Shown one piece after another: positions 1 to 12,989 of a DNA stretch of 64,000 nt. Numbering within the stretch: position 1 is the stretch's first letter; each line of letters starts with the position of its first letter. The DNA lies in assembly GCF_004010195.1 (NCBI RefSeq), contig NC_057750.1, positions 7,771,946 through 7,835,945 of the forward strand, written 5' to 3'. Below the pieces are notes generated by a model. The model had not been told where the DNA came from, searched no databases, and saw only the letters and a program-made list of their open reading frames with translations. The DNA is from Chiloscyllium plagiosum. Taxonomy: Eukaryota. Made by a program: the position numbers and the translations under genes.

Positions 1-505
1 GTTGTGAAACTTGAAAGGGTTCAGAAAAGATTTACAAGGATGTTGCCAGGGTTGGAGGATCTGAGCTACAGGGAGAGGCTGAACAGGCTGGGGCTGTTTT
101 CCCTGGAGCGTCGGAGGCTGAGGGGTGACCTTATAGAGGTTTACAAAATTGAGGGGCATGGATAGGATAAATAGGCAAAGTCTTTTCTTGGGGTTAGGGA
201 GTCCAGAACTAGAGGGCATAGGTTTAGGGTGAGAGGGGAAAGATATAAAAGAGACCTAAGGGGCAACGTTTTCATGCAGAGGGTGGTACGTATATGGAAT
301 GAGCTGCCAGAGGATGTGGTGGAGGCTGGTACAATTGCAACATTTAAGAGGCATTTGGATGGGTATATGAATAGGAAGGGTTTGGAGGGATATGGGCCGG
401 GTGCTGGCAGGTGGGACTGGATTGGGTTGGGATATCTGGTCGACATGGATGGGTTGGACCGAAGGGTCTGTTTCCATGGTGTATGATTCTATGACTCTAT
501 GACTC
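1..505 (+). mobile_element. CR1-clade (HER1-like) LINE 3' fragment
   Basis: Encodes [15 protein letters not shown]...[12 protein letters not shown] and ends in (ACTCTATG)n-type tail repeats. Confidence 0.92.
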
Positions 506-819
506 CCCAATGTTCTGACCAACAGCTACTTCAAAACCATAACAGGTTCAATAAAATGCTGGTCATTGTTACAATGCTATTCACTGGACCTTATTGTGTT
601 GGAATTGGCTCCTGTGAATTGGCTCACTTCCAGCGAGCATTGAGGTGATGGGCAAACAGAATTTAGGGCAAATTACAAAACAGGTAACAGAGTTGAGAAT
701 GACCTAGAGTTTTCAGAGTACACCAGGATTGCATTGAGATAATCAAGGATATAATTCAAGGCAAATATAAATAAATATTTATATTTACTGTCTCTGAAAC
801 AGCCTTTATCCCTTTAGAG

Positions 820-1130
820 ACTCTCTAGGGTGTGGAATCAGGCCCTTCAGCCCAAATCAACCCTACAGAAAGTATCCTACCCAGATCCATTCCCCTGTTA
901 TTCAACATCTCCCCTCACTAATGCACCTAACCTACACATCACTGGACACTACAGAGCAATTTAGCATGGCCAAACCACCCTAACCTACACATCTTTGGAC
1001 TATGGGAGGAAGCCCACACAGACAAAGAGAGAATGTACAAACTCCACACAGACAGCTGCCTGAGAATGGAATCGAACCCAGGTCTCTAGTGCTGTGAGGT
1101 AGTAGTGCTAACCACTGAACCACCATGCCA
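820..1130 (-). mobile_element. HE1-like tRNA-derived V-SINE
   Basis: Head GGCATGGTGGTTCAGTGGTTAGCACT (A box) ... GGTTCGATTCC (B box), V-core, CR1-like tail. Confidence 0.88.
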
Positions 1131-2224
1131 TCCAACCTGCAATCTTCTTCTTGTAATGAATAAACAACAGACTTCATCGGAGCTCGGAAGAAGAGTCCGA
1201 GACTCAAAACATTAGCTTGCTCTCTACTCCATTAGACAAGAGTCAGCTGGTGGGGTTTAACCTGAAGGTTACCACACCCTCAGGCAAGGGCTAAGCTCAG
1301 GAAGGAAGGTTCTTTGCAAAATTGAACTCACAATGTCGGCATCACTTTAAATTACAAACCAGCCACCCAGTCACCCAAGCTAACTGACACCATCAGCAAC
1401 CACAAATAAAGTGAGGGTTGACCAGGATCCGTGGCAACTAGGTTTTATATTTAAAAGGAATGACGTGATTTTCCCGTCTGAGAAAGGTGAATCTTTTTCT
1501 GGGCCAGCCAAACAGACTGAAAGTTGCTTTCACAACAAGACAGTCCCAAAAGAATGCGGTGACTTCTTGAGCTGTGAAAGGCAAGGTCAAGGGTTGGTGG
1601 GGTCCCAGTGGCGTGTACTGCAACAATCTCGCAATGACACTTGCACAGACACAAGAACAGAGATGCATTAAAGTTAAAAATGAAATTGTACAACTTCCTT
1701 TTCGGGTGGGTGCTGAGAGAACACACTTCAGTGATACTGCTCAGTCGAATAATTTATTTTAAACTGAATGGTGTAAAACAAAGGGTTGACTGGCTGAGCT
1801 TACATTACGGATATTGACAGCAAAGCCTAACATCCTCAAGCATTAAGACCTTTTGTGCAAATTGCTCTTGGTAAGGCTGGTCACAAGCAGGATCAACAAC
1901 TGCTCGTTTTCCCGCCTGCTTCCTGAACGGTCGATACGTATTAGCGCTGGCTGAGGGTTTGTCTCTAAATTTAAACGTTATAGGTTGCATCTTTTACGAT
2001 CACAGCTCGCTCCAAAGTGCCTCACAGCCAATGTCAGGACTTTTGAAATATGTCACTGTAAGAAATGCAGGAGGTGTGGCAGCTAATTTGTACACAGCAA
2101 GCTCCCAGAACCGGCAAAGTGGTAATGGCTGGATATTGTGTTATTCTGATGTTGATTTTCACGTATTGGCCAGGAAACCAGAGCTAACCCCCCCGCAATT
2201 CCATAAAGTAGAGAATGGAATAGA

Positions 2225-2785
2225 GTGATGGAATCCCTACAGTGTGGAAACAGGCCCTTCGGCCCAATAAGTCCACACTGATCCTCTAAAGAATAACCTA
2301 TCCAGACCCATTCTCCGACGACTCTACATTTACCCCTGACTAATGCACCTAACCCACACATCCCTGGACACTATGGGCAATTTAGCACGGCCAATCCACC
2401 CTAAACCTGCACATCCCTAGACACTAAGGGGCAATTTAGCATGGCCAATCCACCCTAAACCTGCACATCCCTAGACACTAAGGGGCAATTTAGCATGACC
2501 AATTCACCCTAATCTGCACATCCCTGGACATTATGGGATAATTTAGCACAGGCAATCCACCCGAAGCTGCACAACGCTAGACACTATGGGGCAATTTAGC
2601 ATGGCCAATCCACCCTAACCTGCACATCTTTGGATTGTGGGAGGATACTGGAACACCCAGAGGAAACCTACGCAGACACGGGGAGAACATGCAAACTCTA
2701 CATGGACAGTCAGCTGAGGAGAGAAATTCAACCAGGTTCCCTGGTGCTGTGAGGCAGCAGTGCTAACCACTGAGCCACCGTGCTG
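2225..2785 (-). mobile_element. HE1-like SINE with ~5 tandem copies of its ~53-bp core
   Basis: tRNA-like head at about 2720-2785. Repeated unit CCTGCACATCCCTAGACACTA(T/A)GGGGCAATTTAGCATGGCCAATCCACCCTAA. Confidence 0.9.
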
Positions 2786-2828
2786 GTCATAATTTAATTG
2801 ACTGTAAAATATATTGGAACACTCTGAG

Positions 2829-3310
2829 GGATGTGCAAGTTAGGGTGAATTGGCCATGCTAAAATGCCCCATAGTGTCTAGGGATGTGCAGGTTAGGATG
2901 GATTGGCCATACTAAATTGCCCATAGTGTTCAGGGGTGTGCAGTTAGGGTGGATTGGCCGTGCTAAATTGCCCCATAGTGTTCAGGGATGTGCAGGTTAG
3001 GTGGATTGGTCATGCTAAATTGCCCCATAGTGTTCAGGGGTGTGCAGTTAGGATGGATTGGCCGTGCTAAATTGTCCCATAGTGCCCAGGGATGTGCAGG
3101 TTAGGGTGGATTGACCATGCTAAATTGCCCCATAGTGCCCAGGGATGTGCAGGTTAGGGTGGATTGGCCATGTTAAGTTGTCTGAAGTGTCCAGGGGGCG
3201 GATTGGCCTTGGGAGTATGGGGATAGGGTGTGGAGCTGGGTAGGATACCCTCCAGAAGGTCACCTGATGGGCCAAGTTGCCTCTTTCAATACTGTAAGGA
3301 TTCTATGATT
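2829..3310 (+). repeat. Headless HE1-derived element with ~7 tandem ~52-bp core units, inverted relative to 2225-2785
   Basis: Unit GGATGTGCAGGTTAGGGTGGATTGGCCATGCTAAATTGCCCCATAGTG repeated, followed by the HE1 3' tail. Confidence 0.88.
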
Positions 3311-3579
3311 CTAAATTCTCCAGGAGGGCACTCACTGTTGCAGCACAGAAAACAGGGCGACCAGTCTGTGAACAGCAAGTCATCCTGGCCTGACAATCTG
3401 GTGGGTTTTTTTCAGGAACGTTGATTGAGGAATAAGGTTGACCAGAACAAAATCAAGAGTTCTTGTGACACAGTTGTAGTGCCCCTTCCTCTGAGCCTAG
3501 ACAGATCTGGGTTCAAGTCCTACATGGTCCAACCACATCTAAATAGGTCCCTTAAAAATATCGAGAAGGTCGCCAAGTT

Positions 3580-4420
3580 TTAGAAAGGATATTATTAGGC
3601 TGGAGAGGGTTCAGAAACAATTTACCAGGATGTTGCTAGGAATGGGAGATGGGAGTTATAGGATAGGGTAGGGATAGGCTGGAGAGACCAGGACCTTTTT
3701 TTTCACTGGTGAATAGGAAGCTGAAGGGTGAACTTGTAGAAATTTATAAAATCATGAGGTGCATGGATAGGGTGAATGGTGGGTGTCTTTGCCATAGGGT
3801 GGGGGATTTTTCAAGACTAGGGGGCATATTTTTAAGGTCAGAGGAGAAAGATTTACAAAGGACTTAAGGATCAACCTTTTTACACAGAGAGTGGTTTGTG
3901 TGTGGAATGAACTTCCAGAGGAAGTGGTGGATGTGAGTACAGTTACAATGTTTAAAGGATATTTAACATGGTGGTGGGCGGCACGGTGGCACAGTGGTTA
4001 GCACTGCTGCCTCACAGCGCCAGAGACCCGGGTTCAATTCCCGCCTTCAGGCGACTGACTGTGTGGAGTTTGCACATTCTCCCTGTGTCTGCGTGGTTTC
4101 CTCCGGGTGCTCCGGTTTCCTCCCACAGTCCAAAAATGTGCAGGTCAGGTGAATTGGCCACGCTAAATTGCCTGTAGTGTTAGGTGCAGGGGTAAATGTA
4201 GGGGAATGGGTCTGGATGGGTGCGCTTCGGCGGGTCGGTGTGGACTTGTTGGGCCGAAGGGCCTGTTTCCACACTGTAAGTAATCTAATCTAATCTAATC
4301 TAATCTAATATTTGGATAGGTACATGAATTTGAAAGATTTGGAGGGATGTGGGCCAAGAGCAGGCAGGTGGCACTAGTTTAGTTTGGGATTATGTTCAGC
4401 TTGGATGGGTTGGACCATGT
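3580..4420 (+). mobile_element. CR1 LINE 3' fragment interrupted by a full-length young HE1 SINE (about 3975-4308)
   Basis: CR1 sequence resumes after the SINE. The SINE retains many CpGs, A/B boxes and a (TAATC)n tail. Confidence 0.9.
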
Positions 4421-5128
4421 AATGAAAAAGAAATGAAAGAGCAAATCTATCTGAAAGTTTCAGAGGAATGTTAAAATAACACAGCAGTAACTGGAGGAGA
4501 TTTTGTTTAGCCTAATATAGACTCCAAAAAGCAGAAAGGCAGTGCTGGATCTAGTTCTGGGAAATGAAGTAGATCAACTGGAATGTGTTGCAATGGGCAA
4601 GGTCTGGTAATAATAAGACATTGTCTCCCGGTTAAACAGTGTCTCAATTTTAAACTTCTTAACCTTGTTTCAAATCCTTTAATGGCCTTGCCTCTCACTG
4701 TACCCTTTTCCCAGAACCTTCCAAACCTTTGACACTAATCAAATTTTGGCCTCTTCTATCCCCAGTTTTAATTGCTCCATCATTGGTGGACATACCTTTA
4801 TCTGCCTGGGTCCTAATCTCCGAACCTCCAGTCCTGGCAATCCTGGGTAAACCTTTTCTGAACCCTCTCCAATTTAGTAATATCCACAGTACTCCCAAAG
4901 TGGTCTCACCAACATCCTGTACAAACGCAACCTGATGTCCCAACTCCCATACTCAATAATATAAGCAATGAAGGCAAGCGTGCTAAATACCTTCTTAACT
5001 ACTTTGAACCAATCAAGACCAACGTCTTTCACTCAAGCAACAAATAACTTTTACATTACACCAGTGGGAAGGCCATCTTGACTGGGAAAGCAGGAGATTC
5101 CTTCAGCAATGCTGAGGTTCAAACAGTT

Positions 5129-5848
5129 CTGGATGTAGGTTTGCTCACTGAGCTGGAAGGTTCATTTTCAGATGATTCACGAATATACTTGATAACATCT
5201 TCAGTGAGCCTCTGGACGAAGCATTGCTAATGATTCCTGCTTTCTATTTATACTTTTGGGTTTCTTTGGGTTGGTGATGTTATTTCCTGTCGTGAAGTCA
5301 CTTCCTGCCCTTTTTCTCAGGGGTGGTAGATGGGGTCTAACTCTTTCCTATGGTGATGTCATTTCCTGTTCTTTTTCTCAGGGGGTGGTATATTGGGTCC
5401 AAGTCAATGTGTTTGTTGATAGAGTTCCGGTTGGAATGCTTCTAGGAATTCTCATACGTGTCTCTATTTGGCTTGTCCTAGGATGGATGTGTTGTCCCAG
5501 TCGAAGTGGTGTCCTTCCTCATCTGTATGTAAGGATATTAGTGAGGGAGGGTCATGCTGTTTTGTGGCTAGGTGATGTTCATGTATCCTGGTGGCTAGTT
5601 TTCTGCCTGTTTGTCCAATATAGTGTTTGTTACAGTTCTTGCATGGTATTTTTTTTAAATGACATCACCAACCCAAAGAAACCCAAACATATAAATAGAA
5701 AGCAGGAAGCATCAGCAATGCTTCGTCCGGAGGCTCACTGAAGATGTTACCTCGTATGGTGATGAAATGTCTGAAAACGAACCTTCCAGCTCAGCGAGCA
5801 AACCTACATCCAGAACCTCAATCTGTGCTACAAATCTTTTCAAAACTC
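5129..5848. mobile_element. Penelope-like element (family C), 5'-truncated with inversion; GIY-YIG endonuclease relic on the minus strand
   Basis: Minus strand about 5645-5440 reads CKNCNKHYIGQTGRKLATRIHEH...GHHFDWDNTSILGQ. Inverted terminal copies. TSD GTTCAA(A/G)CAGTT at 5117-5128 and 5849-5860. Confidence 0.88.
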
Positions 5849-6040
5849 GTTCAAGCAGTTTATATTCCATTCTCTTTGCAAACCCATCACAGCATTGCTT
5901 ACAACAGGACTGATACTATTAAAAAGGACTGGAACTTTGGGAATCGCAACAACAGCACATGATTACCATCTTGCTTAAGAAATGGAAGAGGCCATTTTCC
6001 CAACCAAACTGGCCTCCATTCATTCCTGTCACAGGAGGAG

Positions 6041-6580
6041 AGAATTCTTCTGGTCTCCTTCCTATCAGAAGGATGTTCTAAAACTTGAAAGGGTCCAGAA
6101 AAGATTTGTAAGGATGTTGCCAGGGTTGGATGATTTGAGGTTTAGGGAGAGGTTGAATAGACTAGGGCTGTTTTCCCTGGAGCATCGGAGGCTGAGGGGT
6201 GACTATATAGAGGTTTATAAAATCATGAGAGACACAGATAGGGTAAATAAACAAGGTCTTTTCTTGGGGTGGGGGAGTCCAGAAGTAGAGGGCATAGGTT
6301 GAGGGTGAGAGGGGAAAGATATAAAAGAGACCTAAGAGGAAACTTTTTCCTGCAGAAGGTGGTGCGTGTTTGGAATGAGCTGCCAGAGGAAGTGGTGGAG
6401 GCTGGAAGTTGGTGGGTACAATTACAACATTAAAAGGCATCTGGGTGGGTATATGAGTAGGAAGGGTTTGAAGGGTGCTGGCAGGTGGGACTAGGTTGGG
6501 TTGGGATATTTGGTCGGCACGGACAAGTGGATCGAAGGGTCTGTTTCCGTCCTGTACAGCTCTATGACTCCATGACTCTA
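6041..6580 (+). mobile_element. CR1 LINE 3' fragment
   Basis: [20 protein letters not shown]...; ACTCTATG-like tail. Confidence 0.9.
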
Positions 6581-6874
6581 TAAATATCAGCTCAGCAGCC
6601 AAGGATACCTTGCCTTGATGAAATGCATTGTTTTCAGTTATAGAAGTAACATTAGCGCTGACTGTCTGTCCAGGACCAACTTTCAGGATCAAAGTTGTTG
6701 CTAAGCACCAATAACCCCGCGGGATGTTGCTTCGGTGATACCTTTCTGATATTGTTTACTGGAACAAACCAAGTGACTTCCAAACCCGCTGTAAAGTTGC
6801 TTTGTAGCCTTTGCACTTTGTCAGCTGAGCGTTGAGGATCATTTTAACCCGGTTTGAAAACCTCACTTCAGTCA

Positions 6875-7475
6875 GAGAAGCGATGGTCTAGTGGTATTAT
6901 TGCTGGACTGTTAAACCAGAGACCCAGGTAATGTTGGGTTCCTGAGTTCAAATCCTGCCATGGCATATAGACGAATGTGAATTCAATAAAAATCTGAAAG
7001 ATAAGAGTCTGATGATGACTATGCATTGATAGTCAGAAAAACCTAGTTGGTTCACTAATGCCCTTTAGGATGGCTCAGTGGTTAGCACTGCTGCCTCACA
7101 GCAACAGAGACCCAGATTCAATTCGAACCTCAGGCAACTGTGTGGAGTTTGCACATTCTCTGCGTGGGTTTCCATTAATCGTCCAAAGATGTGCAGGTTA
7201 GGGTGGTTTAACCAAGAGAAATGCAGGGTTACAGGAATGGAGTGGGTTTGGGAGGGACGCTCTTCAGAAGGTCAGTGTGGACTTGATGGGCCAGACGGCT
7301 TGCTTCCACACTGTGGGGATTATAAGGAAGGAAACTGCCATCCTTACCTGGTCTACCTACATGTGACTCCAGACCCACAGCAATGGGGTTGTCTCTTAAC
7401 TGCCCCCTGGGCAATTAGGGATGGGCAAAAAATGCTGGCCTGACTAGCGATGCCCTCATCCCATGAATGAATAAA
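6875..7475 (+). mobile_element. Second tRNA-derived SINE family with a nested HE1 (about 7070-7322); related copies at 19875-20220 (+), 10670-10900 (-), 11630-11712 (-), 30680-30850 (+)
   Basis: TGGTCTAGTGGT A box, GTTCAAATCC B box, 3' end GGGATGGGCAA...ATGAATGAATAAA shared between copies. Confidence 0.75.
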
Positions 7476-7562
7476 CAGAAGGCCCAAATCAATGTTGAGA
7501 TTGCCTCAATCCATTTTTCATCAAGCGAGTGTGGCAAGATGTCAACTGATCTTATTATTAAA

Positions 7563-7748
7563 CACCACACGACACCAGGTTATAGCCCAACAGGTTTAAT
7601 TGGAAGCACTAGCTTTTGGAGCATAACCACCTGATGAAGGAGCGTCGCTCCGAAAGCTAGTGCTTCCAATTAAACCTGTTGGACTATAACCTGGTGTTGT
7701 GTGATGTTTAACTTTGTCCACCCCAGTCCAACACCGACATCTCCAACT
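7563..7748. mobile_element. Penelope-like terminal fragment (family A) with inversion and an intact minimal hammerhead core
   Basis: 7563-7622 is the reverse complement of about 7646-7705. Contains CTGATGA-A-GGAGC-GTC-GCTCC-GAAAGCTA. Confidence 0.8.
7628..7662 (+). ncRNA. Minimal type I hammerhead ribozyme motif (PLE-type)
   Basis: Stem I CAC/GTG, CUGAUGA core, stem II GGAGC/GCTCC, GAAA, palindromic stem III AGCU, predicted cleavage after A7659. Confidence 0.7.
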
Positions 7749-8339
7749 CATGACTCCGATCTCATTATTGATTGTTAAATACTGTGTTAATGCCACATGC
7801 TCTTGTAGCAGGTTGTGTGACCACACTCCTCCATTTAGTCAAAGTTGGCAACTCTGTTTGTGAAGTAAAGTCACCATAGACCAAGTGGGCCATAGGACTG
7901 CCCTCTCATTGGGGGAGGGGGAGAAAGAGACAAAAAAAGACTCATAGTGGTTGCCCCTGAGGGTCACCATGCCTCAGGCAATGTTGAAGAAGGAAAGTCC
8001 TTCACGGTGACCTCAGCTGATGTGGGATTTGAACCCACGCTGTTGGCATCACTCTGCTTTGTAAATCAGCCATCCAAGCTAACCAGACCACCTCTTTATA
8101 AAGAAAAGGTGAGAGGGAATTGAGGAGGTTCTGTTTCATACAAATGGTTGTTTGAAGTTAGAACACACCGCGTGAATGGAATTCAATTCTGTACAAGCTT
8201 TCAAAAAGGCAAGTTGTTATTTACCTGAAAGTAACTATATGCCAGTTTATGAGAGGAAAGCCAGGATGTGAGGGCCTCTTTTGAAAAGTCAGTGCTGACA
8301 TAAGGTGCTAGACATCTGCTTACAGCTGGTAAGACCAGA

Positions 8340-8750
8340 GGGTTTGAGTTATAAGGAGAGGCCGGATAGGTTGGGACCTTTCTCCCTCGAGCATTGGAGG
8401 TTGAGAGGTGACCTTATCGAGGTTTATAAAATCATGAGGGGCATATGTAAGGTAAATATCAAATCTCTTTTCCCTGGGATGGGGTAGTCCAGAACTAGAG
8501 GGCATAGGTTTAGAGTGAGAGGGGAAAGATATAAAAGGGACCTAAGGGGCAACATTTTCACGCAGAGGGTGGCGTGTGTATGGAATGAGCTGCCAGAGGA
8601 AGGGGTAGTTACAAGGACAGATGCAACATTTAAAAAATATTTGGACAGGTACATGGATAGGAAAGGCCAAATGCAGGTAAGGGGAACTAGCTTAGTTTGG
8701 GAAACCTGGCTGGCATGTTCCGAAGGGTCTGTTTCCGTGGCTGTGTGACT
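8340..8750 (+). mobile_element. CR1 LINE 3' fragment
   Basis: Same family as 1-505. Confidence 0.88.
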
Positions 8751-9319
8751 CCAATTGCCAAGGAATCTTCTACATCCACCTGGGACAGTGAATGAAGTCT
8801 CTTTCTAATTTCTCGTCCAAAGAGGCAGCAGGTCTGAGAGTGTGGCTCTCCCTGAATAATACTGGGTGTGTCAGTCTCTCCACTGTAAGCTTATGTAGTG
8901 ACACTGAAAACCCAGAACATCTGACTCAGAGGCGAACACACTAAACCAACCAAACTGTAGCTGACTCATCAAAGATGAGGTCAACTCTATTGGCTGCAAG
9001 CTAATAGGATGCTGTGTAAATGCAACGTCTTTCTTTAACAAAGGCAGTGACATTTAACAAAGAATGATTGAGCAGACAATTTGGTAGGAAAATGGAACTT
9101 TCTCTTGAGGTTTTGGGCTTGCTTGACAGTGGTCAGATATGAGACTGTGTGGGCAATGCATCACTGCTATTTCCTCTCTGCCTCACAAGCTGACTGAAAG
9201 AATGATTACCAGATTTACATTATGTTACATTGGGCATCCACACGCTGAAAATTAATAGGTCAGAATAACACTTTTGTTTGAAGGCTGTGTTTCCAAAAAC
9301 AAACATATTTGAGGAAAAC

Positions 9320-10390
9320 TCATAGAGTCATAGAGATGTACAGCACGGAAACAGACCCTTTGGTCCAACCCGTCCATGCCAACCAGATATCCCAACCAAT
9401 CTAGTTCAATCTGCCAGCACCTGGTCCATATCCCTCCAAACCCTTCCTGTTCATATACCCATCCAAATGCCTCTTAAATGTTGCAATTGTACCAGCCTCC
9501 ACCACTTCCTCTGGCAGCTCATTCCATACACGCACTACCCTCTGCATGAAAAAGTTGCCCCTTAGGTCTCTTTTATATCTTTCCCCTCTCACCCTAAACC
9601 TATGTCCTCTAGTTCTGGACTCCCCCACCCCCGGGAAAAGACCTTGTCTATTTATCCTATCCGTGCCCCTTCATGATTTTATAAATCTCTATAANNNNNN
9701 NNNNNNNNNNNNNNNNNNNNNNNNNNNNNNNNNNNNNNNNNNNNNNNNNNNNNNNNNNNNNNNNNNNNNNNNNNNNNNNNNNNNNNNNNNNNNNNNNNNN
9801 NNNNNNNNNNNNNNNNNNNNNNNNNNNNNNNNNNNNNNNNNNNNNNNNNNNNNNNNNNNNNNNNNNNNNNNNNNNNNNNNNNNNNNNNNNNNNNNNNNNN
9901 NNNNNNNNNNNNNNNNNNNNNNNNNNNNNNNNNNNNNNNNNNNNNNNNNNNNNNNNNNNNNNNNNNNNNNNNNNNNNNNNNNNNNNNNNNNNNNNNNNNN
10001 NNNNNNNNNNNNNNNNNNNNNNNNNNNNNNNNNNNNNNNNNNNNNNNNNNNNNNNNNNNNNNNNNNNNNNNNNNNNNNNNNNNNNNNNNNNNNNNNNNNN
10101 NNNNNNNNNNNNNNNNNNNNNNNNNNNNNNNNNNNNNNNNNNNNNNNNNNNNNNNNNNCACCACCCTCTGTCTTCTACCTTTGAGCCAGTTCTGTATCTA
10201 GATGGCTAGTTCTCCCTGTATTCCAGGAGATTTAACCTTGCTAACCAGTCTCCCATGGGGAACCTTGTCGAATGTCTTAATGAAGTCCATATAGATCACA
10301 ACTACCGCTCTGCCCTTATCAATCCTCTTTGTTACTTCTTCAAAAAAACTCAATCAAGTTCATGAGACATGATTTCCCATGCACAAAGCC
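9320..10390 (-). mobile_element. CR1 LINE fragment spanning the assembly gap
   Basis: 3' tail at about 9320. RT motifs GKSCLMNLIEFF...VDVIYMDFIKTFDKVPH beyond the gap. Confidence 0.88.
9695..10158. other. Assembly gap (464 N)
   Basis: Run of N. Confidence 0.99.
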
Positions 10391-10924
10391 ACCCACACCA
10401 TTCATTGAATAGTACTGTAAAACCTTCACCATTTGCCTCAACAAGATAATTTGAATTATAGTCCAAAACACATCCAAAAGGTGACACTTCTGGCAAAGCA
10501 GCACTCTCTCAACACTGTGATGAAGCATCTTCGAAACTATTCACTTTCGTCCCTGGATTGGGGAGCTGATGGGGGTTGGGTGGTCTTATTGGTCAAGGTT
10601 CCCAACATGCCTTGCTGTATAGTCCCCATGTAAAATATTGTATACAGTTGCCTTGGACACATACTGATTTTCTTATTTGTTCATGGGATCAGAGCATTTC
10701 TGGCTGGGCCATCCTGAATTGTCCAGGTGGCAGTTTAAGGGTCAACCCCATCGCTGTGGGTCTGGAGTCACGTGTAGGCCAGACCGGGTAAGGATGACCG
10801 TTACCTTCCCTAAAGGACTTGAGTGAATCAGATGGCTTTTTCCCAACAATTGACAATCATTGTTAGATTCTTTATTCCAGATTTTTATTAAATTCAAAAT
10901 CTACCAATTTGCACTTTGTATCGT

Positions 10925-11125
10925 AGAGGGGTGGGGCTGGGAGAAAAGATAGCTGAGAGAGTGATCAATCTCCGGAACACATGCATGAAACAACCCCACC
11001 GCCCCGTGGCCGAACACTCTAACTCCCCCTCCCACACCACCAAAGACATGCATGTCCTGTGCCTCCTCCATCGCTAAACCCTAACTACCTGACGCCTGGA
11101 GGAAGAATGCCTCATCTTCTGCCAA
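10925..11125 (+). mobile_element. Penelope-like (family B) GIY-YIG C-terminal relic with a short inverted piece
   Basis: Translates QPHRPVAEHSNSPSHTTKDMHVLCLLH...RLEEECLIF with stops. Confidence 0.7.
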
Positions 11126-11716
11126 GTAGTAAATAAATCTCCCAACCCAGCTGCAGTAATCAGTTTAACATCCTTTATTCTTTTATTAAGTACAGGTACA
11201 AATTCTCACTTCTTTAGAGCATATAGGCCAAGTATTTTTACTAACATTTACCAATCTAAAATACATAAGGCCTAACACCTCCTCATCATGCAAGCAGACC
11301 GGACAGACATCTTAATCCCACAGTAGGTGGTAGCCATCATTTAGCACGTTTTAACCCATCTCATGTCCCCCAGGACAGAAGCCCTTCAAACCTTTCTGCA
11401 CTATAGATACACCATTGTAATGGAACATGTAAAGGCTCTGTATATAGGGGCTCTTCGAAGAACTGTATTTCAGGATTCTGTTGCTGTCTCGACCTTGCGC
11501 TGTGATTGTTGGATAAAGAGGGTATTTTCGCCACTCACAAATTTCGGTCGTTACTTGAACACAATCCCACAGCACGTAAGACAACACTTTTCACTATACA
11601 TGTGACATTAATAAATCAAGCCAAACCATCTACCGTGGCACGATTTGAACCAAGGTCCCCAGGACATTAACTGGGTCTCTGAATTAATAGTCCAGCAATA
11701 ATACCATTAGGTCCTC

Positions 11717-12115
11717 ATAGAGATGTACAGCAAGGAAACACCTCAGTCCAACTCATCCATGCCGACCAGATATCCTGAATTAATCTGGTCCAATTTGCCA
11801 GCACTTGGCCCATATCCCTCCAAACCCTTCCTATTCATATACCCATCCAGATCCCTTTTAAATGCTGTAATTGTACCAGCCTCCACCACTTCCTCTGGCA
11901 GCTTATTCCATACACACACCACCCTCTGTGTGAAACAGTTGCTCCTTTTAAATCTTTCCCCTCACCTTAAACCTACATCCTTTAGTTTTGGACTCCCCTA
12001 CCCTGGGGAAATGACCTTGACTATTCACCCTATCCATGTCCCTGATGATTTTAGAAAGCTCCATAGGGTCACACCTCACTCTCTGGACGCTCCAGGAAAA
12101 ATAGCCCCAGCTATC
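11717..12115 (-). mobile_element. CR1 LINE 3' fragment
   Basis: Reverse complement of the 1-505 family. Confidence 0.87.
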
Positions 12116-12989
12116 ATGTAGAACAGGAAGTCACTGGCTTACATCACCCATCCGAGAGAAAGCTATCTTAACCCAACAGGCGAGATGGAGCATTGGAACA
12201 CCATTTAGTCCCTGTGGCTTTGGCAAGAGAACTTCAACATTGAATTCCCCATCGTCTGTATTGACTGATAACACTTATCAAAAGTGTGGGTAGATATATG
12301 CAGAATATGGACAGTGTCAAGCATGATGTGAAACAATCATGAATTCCCTGCTAATACTCAACATGTCAGCTCATATATAGAATGTGTCCCTTTTGTATTT
12401 TGTTTTTAATTCTTTAATAGTTCAGATGTGGACATCTTTGGCTATTGGCCAGCTTTCATTGCCTTTCCCTAATTACCCTGTGGCGGAGGTGGTGAGATAG
12501 CCATTTGAGGTACAATATTCAGTAAGGAGGATAAACCAGAGGGATGGTTGAGGTGAAAATTTACTTTGAAGTGCAATAAAAAAGGGAGTAACAATTTTTG
12601 ATTTTCACAAGCATTTCCTAGCACTTCAGGAACACGCAATAACGATGTCTCTCGATGCAAAACATCACAAGAAACCAGAATTTCTGGGCGCAATTACATC
12701 CTCAATTCTTTCCTATCTCAAACTAGTTCCTGTTTCTCACCCTTACGAACTGGTTAAGTTACATTCCAGGTAAATGTCAACCAGAGATGATCTGCAGGCA
12801 GCTGGAACTGCCTTCTTGGAAACTCATGCGAGAATATTTTCTGACAGTTGCAACAAGAAAGGTCTGCATTTATATAGAATCCTTCAGGTACTTCAAGATG
12901 CTTTACAGAGCCATGCGTTTTGTAAAGAGCCCAGAGATCACCAGATGTCTCCAAGTGCCTGATAGTCAATTACGTACTTTTCGGAACAA

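Noticed and set aside
2350..3195. CRISPR-like array
   Set aside because: Units are contiguous tandem copies of a SINE core with no unique spacers, no cas genes are present, and the context is vertebrate.
3975..4050. tRNA gene
   Set aside because: A and B boxes are present, but the sequence continues into the HE1 body and tail. It is a SINE head, as are the other copies.
5256..5741. 161-aa hydrophobic membrane-like ORF
   Set aside because: It is the antisense of a Penelope GIY-YIG relic. The same text recurs at 53039-53251.
9546..10184. Long ORFs of 212 and 161 aa
   Set aside because: Artefacts of translating through the N gap.
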